From: Lepidodermella squamata
Taxonomy: Eukaryota; Animalia; Gastrotricha
Direction: 5' to 3'
Length of the DNA stretch: 64,000 nt
Assembly (NCBI GenBank): GCA_047495785.1
Contig: JBLDXI010000033.1
Location: forward strand, 2,418,001-2,482,000
Shown here piece by piece: positions 1 to 12,216 of the stretch. Under the pieces are notes generated by a model. That model did no database searches and was not told the DNA's origin. It saw nothing but the letters and a program-made list of their open reading frames with translations. The stretch's first letter is position 1, and each line of letters starts with the position of its first letter. Both the position numbers and the translations under genes were made by a program.

Positions 1-26
1 TGAAAAATATTCGAGATAAGGCTCAC

Positions 27-1621
27 TTGAATATTTTCGCATCAGTGGGCAATGAGTCAAGTTGCTTCGAGTTGATGAACTCGGCGTCTGCGTTGTGCGT
101 ACAAAGTCGGGTGGCTGAAATGCCAGAGTCGGAATTGAGCTGATTCGACTGCGTCTTGCGAAGAGCCTGAATCACAGCCTCGTTACATTTTCCAATGCGG
201 ATGAGTCGCAGTAATTTCACAAAATCAGCATCGCTTTGTCGATAGACAGTTCTCAGAAACATCACATTTTGCATCGCGTCGCCAAAACAAGCGTCCCAAG
301 CAGGCGACTGGAAGGCGAATCGCTTAGATAAACCCAGTGTATTGCTACCCTCAGTCGCAGCCGGCTCAGAACCATCATTCACAGGAGGCAATTGCAGGAA
401 ATCACCACTGCAAATGACCTGCATACCGCCGAACGGTCGGTCAGTCGCACGAATATGCCGGGCGATCTGGTCGAGTTTTGTGAAGAAATTTGCGTCGACC
501 ATGGAAATTTCGTCAATTATCAAATGTTTACAACGCCGCCATTGACCGGCAACAGCCGGCCGTTGTGCCATTTCCAACTCCCGGGTCAAATCACCTTGGC
601 CTGAACCGATCCCGGCGAATGAATGCAAAGTTATTCCGCCGATTTGACTAGCCGCGACACCGGTAGAGGCAGTTACGAAAGTATCTTCGGGCGATAGCAT
701 TCCAATAATCCGCTTCAGAAGAAAACTTTTACCCGTTCCGGCGCAGCCTGTGAGGAAGACGTTAATTCCGGACTTGATCGCTGACAAAACACGTTGCTGC
801 TCGTCTCCAAGAGTGAATAGCGATATTTTAGTCGAAGGAGGTGCCATTGTGACAGGCCGTCGACCAGCTGGGAGAAGAGACTTGTCACTCGAATGGCGAA
901 CGAGAGCTTTAGTCGAAGGCGTCGAGAGCGTCGTGAGGGAGCCAGCACTCTCTACCCGGCATAACTTTGCCGCTTTTTGGTTCTCCTTACTTTCCTCCGG
1001 GGTGTAAATTTGTCGCTTTAGAGGCACTTTCGCTTTCTGCTCAGGTGCTCGGGCGCTGGGGGTTTGTAGCGGGAGCTTACTCGGTTGACGCAATACACGC
1101 GAATTCGGTGATATGTACGCTCCAGATTTCATCTCATTCATTTGAAGAGGGCTGATGTCAACAAGAGTTCGAGCTTTCATCGAAAACATCCGCTCACTCT
1201 GAGACGGAACTTTCCCGGCATTTCCTGCAAAATTTGAATGAAATCATAATCTTCAATAAAAGAAATCAAAATAGGACTAACCTTTGATTTTGGACTTGCA
1301 TACCAAAGCTTTCAAAAACGTTTTCAGCTGGTCTGTTGGTGCATTTTTCAACATTATTGTTTGATTGGTAGGACTGAGTTGAATGCTCAGCTTCCCGTCA
1401 GCGATGAATCGCTGGAAAATGCGAATTTGAGTAGGGTCTGTCACTGGAAACGGAGTCGATCTTTCAGTTCTCTCGTCAATGACATTGATGACCATGATGC
1501 CGAATTCGTCGCGGCAAAGGTCAATGCATGCAGTCTTTATTTCTTCCTGACTTATAGGCATGCCTGCAGAATTTGCTCGCTGCAACGTCACCGCACATGA
1601 TACCCTTTGCACAGAAACCAT
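27..1621 (-). CDS. PIF1: ATP-dependent DNA helicase PIF1 (5' part; continues off the left edge)
   Basis: Helicase motifs GCAGTGKS, DEISMVD, GDFLQLPPV, VYRQSD and LCTHN. The metazoan PIF1 N-terminal domain is in exon 1 (ATG at 1621). GT-AG intron 1225-1281; the next donor is at ~26. Confidence 0.95.
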
Positions 1622-2159
1622 AAATTCTAAAGAAAAACGAAAACACAAGTCAACCAACCGGAACAACAAGGTAGAAGTGTATTTTATTTAGTTTGAATAA
1701 ATTTTTGTTATAGTGATATAATTAATAGCTATCAACTAGTACTTCATCGAGGCAATAATTTGTAGAATATTCATAATAAACGTATTATTACTTTGAGCAG
1801 GCTGATAAGTTTAACAGTTTGTTAATAAAGAGTTTTCCACAGTATGAAAAAGCGAAAGACGCCGCAAAATTGGCAACTTGACCAGCAGAACCGGCGAGTT
1901 TTTTTACAAGGCATGAATTTGAAAAGATCAGCAAAAGCAGCTTATAAAACGATGAAAAACGAAAAGAGATACCAGGAAGTCGCATCGTTTGAGCTTGATG
2001 ATCACAAAGAAAGTGTTTAACAATGTCAATGGACCGCGTCCAGCACAGTGTTTTACACAGCTGATATTAGTGCGTGCATGTGCAGTAATGGCAATAAACA
2101 GTCTGATCGTGCGTGTGTATGGTTCAATTTGTCACTTGAGGCGGATAGAAATTGCAGCA

Positions 2160-3185
2160 TTACGCGGGAGCTGGAAGACCCCGAATCACAGGAAGTTGTG
2201 GCAACGGGACTATGCTAGCCAGTGGGCTTGTAGCTGGCACTTGTGACACCCCGGTCGTCAAATCGTTCAGGTACGGATGGTACAAGGCGTTTAGCACTGA
2301 AAACCGCTTCGAAGGATCCAAAATGAACATACCACGGAGAAAGCTCAACAGCTGAGCATCGTTCGATTTGATTGATTCATTCAAGCGGTATTGGTTCCAC
2401 CGAGGGAACGAAGGCTTGTAGTCGCGGTAACTTTCAACGCCTGGCCATGATTCGTTAGTAGGAGTGCCGAACATTCTGAAAATCCTGAAGAGTTGGTCGA
2501 TTTCAGAATCACCAGGTAGAATCGGCTGAAGGTTAACTAATTCAGCAACAATGCAGGCAACTGACCAAATGTCGACCTCGGTGCCGTAACGGGTTCCACC
2601 TAGGAGCACTTCAGGTGCACGGTACCATAACGTCACAATCTCATGGGTGTACTGACGCAACGGGATACCGAACGATCGCGCCAGCCCGAAGTCAGCTAAT
2701 TTAAGCCTAGTTCCGGAAGAATCCACCAAAATGTTCTGGGGCTTCAAATCGCGGTGCATGATGCGACGCTGATGAGCAAATAGAAGTCCTGCAAGAATCT
2801 GAATAGAAAATGATCGAATCGTTTCGCGATCCAAAGATCTTCCACGATGCGTCTTTTCAAACTGATCCAAGTAACGACGGAGATCATAATCAAGATATTC
2901 GAACAACAAAAACATTTTCCGGTCATCGTAAATCAAAGACACTAGCTTTACTATATTCGGATGGTTTTCCGTGCCCAACTCCAGGAGAGCAGAAACCTCG
3001 CGCAAACTAGTTGCTTGGACTCCTTCCTCGGTGTCATCGGTTCGAATCTTTTTCAGCGCATATATCTGGCCGGTTTGCTTATGCTTGACCTTGTAAACGA
3101 CACCGTAAGTTCCTTCGCCCAGTTTTTCCAACTTAGAGAGGTTGTCCAAAGACTCGCTGTTGATAATGTCGTCTGAACCATCCAT
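2160..3185 (-). CDS. CDK1: Cyclin-dependent kinase, CDK1/2-like, intronless, 341 aa
   Basis: GEGTYGVVYK, HRDLKPQN, DFGLAR, YTHEIVTLWYRAPE and GDSEIDQLF are present. The PSTAIRE helix reads QATSLRE. Likely ATG at 3185. Confidence 0.8.
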   Translation of the reverse strand: MDGSDDIINSESLDNLSKLEKLGEGTYGVVYKVKHKQTGQIYALKKIRTDDTEEGVQATSLREVSALLELGTENHPNIVKLVSLIYDDRKMFLLFEYLDYDLRRYLDQFEKTHRGRSLDRETIRSFSIQILAGLLFAHQRRIMHRDLKPQNILVDSSGTRLKLADFGLARSFGIPLRQYTHEIVTLWYRAPEVLLGGTRYGTEVDIWSVACIVAELVNLQPILPGDSEIDQLFRIFRMFGTPTNESWPGVESYRDYKPSFPRWNQYRLNESIKSNDAQLLSFLRGMFILDPSKRFSVLNALYHPYLNDLTTGVSQVPATSPLASIVPLPQLPVIRGLPAPA

Positions 3186-3346
3186 AATTACAATATGTGT
3201 TGTTATGATTCTGTTTGTGAATAAACTTCCTATAATATAAAAAGTTGATAGAAGTTTGCATAGGTCTGGCATTTCTTTATTTCCCATCATCTCTTCACTC
3301 AAAAAATGTAGCATTTATTCAGCAGTACAGTCCACAACTGATAAAT

Positions 3347-3910
3347 TTATTCTTGAACAATAGTACCACGCTCCGAAACGTACACACCATCCAAGAACTT
3401 GCGGATATCCTTTTTCTTGACGGCGACGGATTGCTTAATGAGCGCGCAAGACCGCGACACAGCCTCGAGGTCGTTACCTTCGATGATCAATTCATCTTTC
3501 TGGCTTGATGGCACAACAGAGACACCAGGCAACATCTGAACGTGGCGCTCAATCTTCTCACCCAAGAAGTTGCGGATCAACAGATGGCTGTTTTTGTCGG
3601 AAACGCTCATGTTGATGGGGAAGTGAGCATAGACGGAGTGCATCTTGAAACGGTATCCCTTGGTGACTCCGGTAATCATGTTCTCAATGTGAGAGCAGAC
3701 GGTACGAACCGCAGCAATTTCCTTGCGGCATCCAAAGAACTTGGTGATCTTAATGCGGTGCTTTCCCATCTTCAGGATTTCGACCTGAACATGATTGAAG
3801 GAGCGAGTGAGGCTGCCACGAGGTCCCTTGACGGTAACTTTACGCGCAGCAACTTCAATCTCGATTCCCTTGGGAATGATAACAGACTGCGTGGTTTCAA
3901 CTGGCTTCAT
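3347..3910 (-). CDS. RPL9: 60S ribosomal protein L9 (uL6), intronless CDS
   Basis: KGPRG, VRTVCSHIENMITGVTKG, VYAHFPIN, RNFLGEK and KDIRKFLDGVYVSE. Probable 5'UTR intron ~3945-4103. Confidence 0.97.
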   Translation of the reverse strand: MKPVETTQSVIIPKGIEIEVAARKVTVKGPRGSLTRSFNHVQVEILKMGKHRIKITKFFGCRKEIAAVRTVCSHIENMITGVTKGYRFKMHSVYAHFPINMSVSDKNSHLLIRNFLGEKIERHVQMLPGVSVVPSSQKDELIIEGNDLEAVSRSCALIKQSVAVKKKDIRKFLDGVYVSERGTIVQE

Positions 3911-5282
3911 TATGAGTCGGAGACCTACTCAATAGGTAACACCTACAAATTATACGATAAATAGAGAATTGAAACAATAAAAATAAAACGAAAAGCAAGA
4001 CAATTAACAGATTAAATATTACTCTGTAGTCATAATTGACAACACGCAAGGGAAACGAAGACAAATACAAGAGATAATGAAAGACAATCTCGTCAATTCT
4101 TACCTCGTGGTCACATCGCAATTATAAAGATGAGATTCTCGCATTAGAGGTAAGCTCAAGTCTCAGGCTATCAAGTGACAAAGACTCAAACTCAAGATAC
4201 TCTTTTAATAGCTTATCTTCAAACACAGTGGTTTCAATAGTTAGCTCTAACCTCTCACTGATAGTCCCTAGTAAAAAGATGTGAAGATTTGTTTTAGCGC
4301 TAAGCCTGAACCTCGGAAAGTTTCACTTGTAATTTCTCCTAATCGAAGCCATTGAATTGAAGCTACCACACGATGTGTGCCATTACACTTCTAACCAAGC
4401 AAATAGCTAGTCATTCGTCTCATCTGTTGAAACGACAAGGCCAAGTAACAATGCTTCATCGTGGCTCAAGGTAGACAGTAACTGGAAAGTCGTGCTAAAT
4501 TCAGGTAATTTTGTGAAAAACCATTGACTATTTGAGAAAAAGATTGCAAAACAAGTTCAAAGAGTCCACTTCCCAAGTCATCATCTCCGTCATCTCCGCC
4601 GCGCAACATTTCGTGCCATCTGACGGCTCGGAAACACCGCGCCGCGCCGACTTGATGTTCAAATGGTAGCTTTTTTCTCACAGTTATTTTTTGTGAAAGA
4701 TGACATTAGAACATCATATATCATATCTAAGAAATTGAGTCGGAGATAATGGATTTTCAAAAATAGTTTTTTATGGTTTGGCGCGCATTTTTCGAGCTTG
4801 AAAAAAATCGAACAACGCGCTTCTTGCTTTCGCTCAAGGCTTGCGGATCCGGTGTGAAGTAACTCGAGGCGCATATACTTTGGTTTTGGTGGATTAATAG
4901 CCCCTTGAACTATTGGCGTCCCTTTTTGAGGGTCTCTTTTTGAGGGAAAATGGCTAGCGCGTATTTTTTCTCGCAACAGGCATATCAATTTTGCGTTTTT
5001 GAAGGCGTGGCCGGAATTCACGTAGGTGTGTATTTTGCACTAATTTCGGACATTTTTGACTCGGGGATATAGCTAGCATGTTGCCATTTGCCATCGCTGT
5101 TTTTTCCGTCTTTTGCAATTGTTTCCCCTTTCTATTTGACGCTAACGGTTCACTGTCGGGCAAAAGTGAAAATTGCCATTTCAATGCGAATAGCGAATAG
5201 CCGAGCGACAGTGTATCTAAAGCTTCAATGATGTGAATTAGCACTTTTGTAGTTCGACGATTTAGATAATTTAATTGAAGAG

Positions 5283-6817
5283 ATGTCAGCACCAGTGAAC
5301 GAATCTGAGGATGACGTCATGACGCTTGTCGATCCTAACAGTGATTACAATCACCCGCGTCCGATCAAGTTTGAGGACATCAGTGCAGGTATAATTGATG
5401 CTTTGATTAGAGCTTGCCAGGTTAATCTTGTTTCTTTCAGCCTCCTTTCTTATTCAGTCCGGAATTAGACAAACCCCAACGATGCTGTCACATTTGAGTG
5501 AAATTCTCGACATGGAAATATATTTGAAAAAAGAGTTCTTACAATACACTGGTTCATTCAAAGAGCGAGGCGCGCGCTACACTTTATTGAAACTTAGTCC
5601 GGAACAGCAGAAGGCTGGTGTTATCTCGGCAAGTGCGGGAAACCATGGTCTTGGATTGTCTTATCATGGTATGAAGCTGAAAATTCCAGTCACTGTCGTT
5701 TGCCCTGTGTTTGCCCCGATAATGAAAATTCAACAGTGCAAAGGGTTTGGGGCAAATGTCGTTATTCACGGACAAAATTTCGACGAAGCCCGTGCTCACG
5801 CGCTACGCCTGTCAAAAGAGAAAAACATGTTATATATTAATGGCTTTGATCACCCCCATATTATTGCTGGCCAAGGAACCATTGGTTTGGAAATATGTCG
5901 CGACGTACCTGACTTTGATGCCGTTCTTATTGGTGTTGGCGGCGGTGGCCTCATATCCGGGGTCTCTCTTGCTATTAAAACTCTTCGACCGAATGTTGAA
6001 ATAATTGGCGTTGAATCAGAAAATTGTCCGAGCTTCACAGCTTCGCTGAAGGCAGGGCATGCAGTTAAGATCGAAAATAAAGCTAGTCTAGCCGACGGTC
6101 TTGGAGTAGCTTTGGTTGGACCTAATTCCCTGGAAACCGCTAAACCTTATGTTGACCGTATGGTTACGGTTAGCGAAGACTTCATAGCCCTTGCAATTCT
6201 GCGCTTGGTTGAAATGGAGAAGGCCGTTGTTGAAGGTGCTGGAGCAGTGAGTGTTGCTGCTCTTTTACAAGATAAACTACCGCATTTGCGTGGGAAGAAA
6301 GTCGTCTGCATATTATCTGGTGGTAATATTGACACTACTATTCTGGGCCGTTGTTTGGACCGAGGCTTGGCTGCTGACGGTCGCCTCATGGTAACATTGT
6401 GATTCCAGACATTTATCTCTTGTCTAGCTGTTTCTTCTTCTTTAGCGTCTGAGCGTCGTCGTTTCTGATCGTCCTGGTGGTGTTGCAGACGTTGCTCAAA
6501 TTCTTGCCAAAAACGGTGGATGTATCAAGGACATTTTTCATGAACGAGCATGGTATATTTATCATCATTCTATAGCTAATATTAAACAATTGATCGTTTA
6601 GGGTTCGTGGCAATGTATTTGCAGTCAAGGTAAGTCAATCTAATTGTGTTGTGATGAGAGATTCACTTCTAATCCACAGATAACCGTTGTTCTCGAGACG
6701 AGGGATCTGGAGCATTCCAGATTTATCATGTCTCTCCTGAGAGAAAAGTACGAAAGAGTTCAGTCTACTATTGAAAGCACTACGGTTGAGAACGCCGATT
6801 TACAACCAATGAACTGA
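5283..6817 (+). CDS. PLP-dependent serine/threonine dehydratase with C-terminal ACT domain, copy 1
   Basis: TGSFKERG PLP lysine motif, SAGNHG, GVGGGGL, SGGNID and an ACT-like DRPGG motif. Introns 5389-5440, 6391-6445, 6553-6601 and 6630-6679 give one continuous frame. Confidence 0.92.
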
Positions 6818-7595
6818 AAAATCTTTCTGGCTTGCAGCGAAAATGGTGTCACGGCTTTCCTGATTTTATTGTTGCAGATTTAGATCCAATAGTTATATTT
6901 TTGATTATCTGCCCGGTTGCTATACATTTATTTTATGCGCTTCCTCGATTTTTGTACTACACCCAAAGTGGCAACATATTTTGTGCCGATCGAAGAGTCT
7001 TTTATTCCAGCTTTTTATTTGAAAGCTCCTGTCATTTCTTAAATCCGAATTTTTACATCTACTTATTCTACCTCCGTGTGATTCAAGTAAAATTGCGACC
7101 CGGTTATTGTCTGAATTGACTTTATTAGTAAAAAATCTGTTCAGGTCGGTGTATATAACAAGTCGATTGTTGTTGCTCGCGAGTTGTGTAAAACTGTGTT
7201 TTTTAGCTGCACAAAAATCGTCTGGGTTTTTTTTCCAAGACTTGCACTCGTTTTGTCCGTATTTTGGAGAAGCCACATGGCCACTGCCTCTCTATTGATA
7301 TATAAATCAGCGCAAATTGTTTCACGGTACATTAATAACCACGAAACGCTATGTGTTTTGATCGCCAAACTGCGCCGTTTTTTTTATGCGCTGCGGCGGT
7401 GGGGCTGCGGAAATCTGATATGGTATACGGCCGGTTCTTATATCATCGTGTTTCAATAGTGTATTCTGTCTACCTGGTGTGGCTCGTAAAAAAACATCCG
7501 TATATATTAAGACCGGAAACAGTGCCAGATCCGACCAATCTTATAGAGCTTGAATGTTGGCATCAAACAATCAATTGATAGCTTTGTTTAAAAAA

Positions 7596-9236
7596 ATGGC
7601 TGATATCGACGAGAAGTCATTTCCCATGTCACCCATGGGCTCAGAGAGCGGGGGCAGCGAAGGTGCACCAATTGCAACAATGTCCGATTTCGACGGAACT
7701 GAACTAAAAATGCCGGTAACTCCCCTACCACCAAGCCCAGGTGAGGACTTGCTTTCCTCGATAACTTTATTTTACTGTGCGAAATTATAGCGGAAGAAAT
7801 TCTCACCGACCCGTTTTCGGACTACGACAATCCACGCTCGATTAGATTTGAAGATGTGACTGCGGCAGCGTTCCTCATTCAATCAGGCATTCTTCACACG
7901 CCAACAATGGTACGAATGCGCATTACGCGTATAGCTGAATAAGAAATTCGTTTTCTCAATAGGTTTCCCATCTGTCTGACTATTTGGGCATGGAAATTTA
8001 CTTGAAAAAAGAATTTTTGCAATACACGGGTTCTTTTAAGGAACGAGGAGCACGCTACACGCTGATGAAATTGAGTGATGAGGAAAAGCGTGGAGGTGTT
8101 ATTTCGGCTAGTGCCGGTAATCACGCGTTAGGTTTGGCGTATCACGGCAAGAAGCTTGGCATCCCGGTCACAGTGGTCTGCCCAGTTTTCGCCCCTTTGA
8201 TGAAGATACAACAGTGCAAAGGTTTCGGCGCGAACGTTATCACTCACGGCCAAAATTTCGACGAAGCCAAAATACACGCTTTGCGCTTAGCCAAAAAGCG
8301 AGGGTTGATTTACATCAATGGATACGACCATCCTAATATAATCGCCGGACAGGGAACGGTCGGGTTAGAGATTTGTCGTGATATTCCTGATGTTGATGCC
8401 GTTCTTATTGGTGTTGGCGGTGGTGGATTGATTTCGGGCACAGCTCTTGCCATCAAAACACTGAAACCTGATGTTGAAGTGATTGGGGTCGAAGCCGAGA
8501 ATTGCCCTAGCTTTTCGGAAGCGATGAAGGCCGGTAAACCAGTTAAGGTCACAAATAAGTCTAGTCTTGCTGATGGTCTGGGCGTAGCACTAATTGGCCC
8601 GAATTCGCTGGAGACTGCGAAGGGCAGGGTTGATCGCGTCGTCACGGTGAGTGAAGACTACATAGCCTTGGCGATTCTTCGCCTCGTTGAAATGGAAAAG
8701 GCTGTTGTTGAAGGGGCTGGTGCCGTGAGTATTGCTGCTTTACTTCAAAATAAGCTGCCCCACCTGCGTGGCAAGAAAGTCGTGTGTGTTTTGTCTGGGG
8801 GCAACATTGATACGTCGATTCTAGGCCGCTGTCTCGATCGAGGTTTGGCAGCCGATGGTCGCATGATGGTACGCTTTAGATCATTTATTTTTTCTGTGAT
8901 TCATCATGGCATTCTAGCGCCTTCATGTTGTTGTTTCTGATCGCCCTGGTGGTATCGCTGAGTTGGCTGATCTTCTAGCTAAACTTCGCGGTTGTATTAA
9001 GGACATCTTCCATGAACGCGCCTGGGTTCGTGGCGACGTCTTTGCTGTTAAGGTATTTTTTAAGGCTAACATTTTCTCAAAAACCTGATTTTCCTTTTCA
9101 AAAGATTACCGTCGTGATGGAAACGCGTGACCTGGACCATTCTAACTACATTTTAGAGAAGGTTCGTGAACGATATGACCAGGTCGAGTCGACCATCGAA
9201 AGCAGTGCTGCATTTTTGGCGACGCGTTCTAGCTGA
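7596..9236 (+). CDS. PLP-dependent serine/threonine dehydratase with ACT domain, copy 2 (tandem paralog)
   Basis: Same motifs as copy 1 and a highly similar protein. Introns 7741-7790, 7910-7962, 8869-8917 and 9053-9104. Confidence 0.92.
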
Positions 9237-9873
9237 ACGGAGTTCTGAACTCCAATATTGAAACCGAAGCTCTTTAAGTGCACCGGTGCCCGAAAATCAC
9301 AGAATGTGACTTGCCATGCTTAGTTAGATGTCTTTAAGTTACCTCATTTTTGTGCAATCTTCAAGGTTGAAAAATATTATGTGTTTATTTTTTCGACTGA
9401 TTATTTTCCGCCCGGTGCAAACTCTTTCTTGAGAATTATTGATAAAAAAATAAAAGCTGCATTTTTAATCTTGTTTTTCTTTTTTTCGATTACAATGATC
9501 TAGTAACTTGATGTGTTGTCAAGTGGCGGGCATCTCTTAGGAATTCACCTACATCGGCTAATCGGCACCTGGATGTTGAAATAGAAATGCGGGACACCTA
9601 AGAATCGCAGAAAAACCGTACGAGATTCTCGAAAAATAGCTACTACCTGAAACAAGACATCGCGTGCCTGCGAGGGTGAGAAAAAACACATAAAAAGCGT
9701 GGTGGGATTCCCTATGGAGGAGCGGCGCGACGGAACTACGCAAAAAAATTTAAGCGCAAAAATGTCGAGGCGATTAAATTTTTTTTACATCATTATAGCA
9801 TAATTTAGCGTTTTTTATACCTATCAAATAAACTCTGAAACTATCCGGTGCATAACAATTTTGACTTTTAGAG

Positions 9874-11656
9874 ATGATAACCTCGGAAATATACCACGAT
9901 CTCGCGAAAATTCGTCGAAAAATTCCATGTAACGCTAAGTAATATTACTGCTATTAAGTAATCATAATATATTACTTCAGGTCCACCGACTCGTCTTTAC
10001 GGTGATCTATTGCCGCTAATTGTTGTTGATGCTACCACTCCTCGTGAATTCAGCATAGAAACCAAGTTTGATACTTTCAAATAATGGCCTCTCACTCGAA
10101 TCTGAAGAATAAATTATTTAGAGCCAAGTGCAACACGCTGACGCGGCAAATGGAGAAAAAAGTTCGGACGTATTATTTGAGGAGACAGCAGGTTAATTGG
10201 GTGGCTGAGGCGCATCTCTTGAATATTAATGAGAATTTGTTGTTCATTTCAGGTATTGGGTCATTTGGAAGGCGAGCGCCGAGAGCTGTTTAAAACTGCG
10301 CTGAATTTGCACAACGCCATGCAAACTGCGGCCGCTAATCGATACGCGCCAAGTGTCGCCGACACCCAACAGCGCACGCAGACGACACTCTCCCGCGAGT
10401 CAACACGTTTAATTGCAGAGACTAATGATTGGACCCGGGTCAAGAGCCGCCCTGCCTCTGAGACGACAGGCGTGATATTTGATGAAAGACGTAATACATA
10501 ATTATTTCTTAACCTAATTTGAGGCGCTAATTAATTCTCAACAGTTTCAGTTCTGAGCAGCGAGGAAGACATATTGCTGCCTTCACTAACACCCGATCGA
10601 ATGGACAATAACTTGAGTAGGGCGAGCGGGCCAACATCAGCTGATTTGCCTACAGTTCGCGATGTTAAAAGCAGTTCAAGTAGTGAAAGCGCACCTACTC
10701 AAAATATTGACAGAGATAGCGCTAAGAAGGCTATTACGGATGAAGAAAAATCAGTCGATGTAACTGACGAGAATGAAGATGTGTTCTTGCCGGGAAATCG
10801 CAGTGTCAAGACGGCAAACCGCTGGCCGAAAATGCCGCATCCAGTGCCTGATGGCCTGACAACTATTGTCGAAACCACGATGGTTGAGACATCGTCGTCG
10901 GAGCATAGCGATTATGGCGATGACGACGGGAGCCTTGATGGCGACGGCATGGTTGAATTTCAGGGTGGCGCGCTTGATAAAAGTTTTCGCGTAACGATTA
11001 AAAAGCCAAGCAAGAGCTCTACGTCTAACCGCCAGGTAATGCCGAGCTCTGGTTCCAACTTGGTGCCGGGTGATTCTAGCGGTAGTTCCGGCTCATCGCC
11101 AAACGCGATCCTGGCTGTTCAAAAACTAAAAATAAACCCGGCTTCCACTTCGAAGGGGCAAACAAATCGAAAAAATAATGTCGCCAATCGAGCATTGCCG
11201 TTATTACCCAAACTGGGGCTGAGCAGCAAGCTGACGAAACCATCAGCGCATGAATTTGACGATTCGATGAGCAATTCCCGAACCCAATCTATCGAAACAC
11301 CGCCTCAGTTCGAATCGCCTAAACTTGTTCAGCCGACTCGCTACTATAAAATGAGCCTGATCAGTAACGACGATAATCGTCCTCGAACGAATGCAAACAA
11401 GCCGATTCGAGTGATGCCATTGGTTCCGGGGAAAACACGCTATATCGACTGGCAACTGCAAGCTGATGGCAACTACAAAAGTCGAGTTGTCACCTACGAA
11501 GAACCGCAGTTTCGATTTACGGACAGTCCCGTTGGTTTGAAGGCCGAGAAATTTATTCTGACCGCCGGGAAACGTTCAAAAGGAGCAAATAATATCGCTC
11601 GGGCAAACAGCCGCGTCACCGATGCGGAGGAAAAACGGGTAGAAGAAGAAGAGTAA
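9874..11656 (+). CDS. Uncharacterised protein A (N-terminal YGDLLP helical domain, disordered middle, C-terminal DW..DG.Y..Y.EPQ motif)
   Basis: Spliced frame from ATG 9874 through introns 9929-9980, ~10067-10121, ~10192-10252 and ~10491-10550 into ORF 10574-11656. Aligns with ORF 41009-42364. Confidence 0.75.
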
Positions 11657-12216
11657 TCATTGACTATTTTCATCTAGTTTTAGCATTTGATTATTTTTGT
11701 ACATTTCGATCATTTTCCGGCGTTTTTGTTGCACTTTCATGATTCCTGTATGATTCTGTTTACATATGGCCTTGAATTTCCGAGGTTACAAAATTTTAAC
11801 GATGGCATTTGAATAAAAATGCGATTTGTCGTGTTGGCCAAAATTGTTGACCTGAAAATGATTGTGGATAATTGAACGCTAAATGAGACCCGAGGTAAAC
11901 GAGGCCACGGGTGTGCAGGTGATGTGGTGACAAGAGACGAAACTGCGATCACGAGGCGACAATCAACAAACTTGCCGTCGACAGGCGCGTTGGCAAACGA
12001 ACGGCGGATGACCTAACAGCGAGCAAACTGCAGCTACAATAACGCATCACCGAGGAGGCGCAAGATGAGCAAATAGTAGAGCACCCACCTGCCGCATCAA
12101 GCGCCGCCTCGAAATCAACGCCAGATTTTTTCTCCGTAATTATATTGTTGTTGATATTGTTTCGGCAATAAAACTACGACATTATACATTTATATTGTAG
12201 CGTAGGTCAATGTAAA

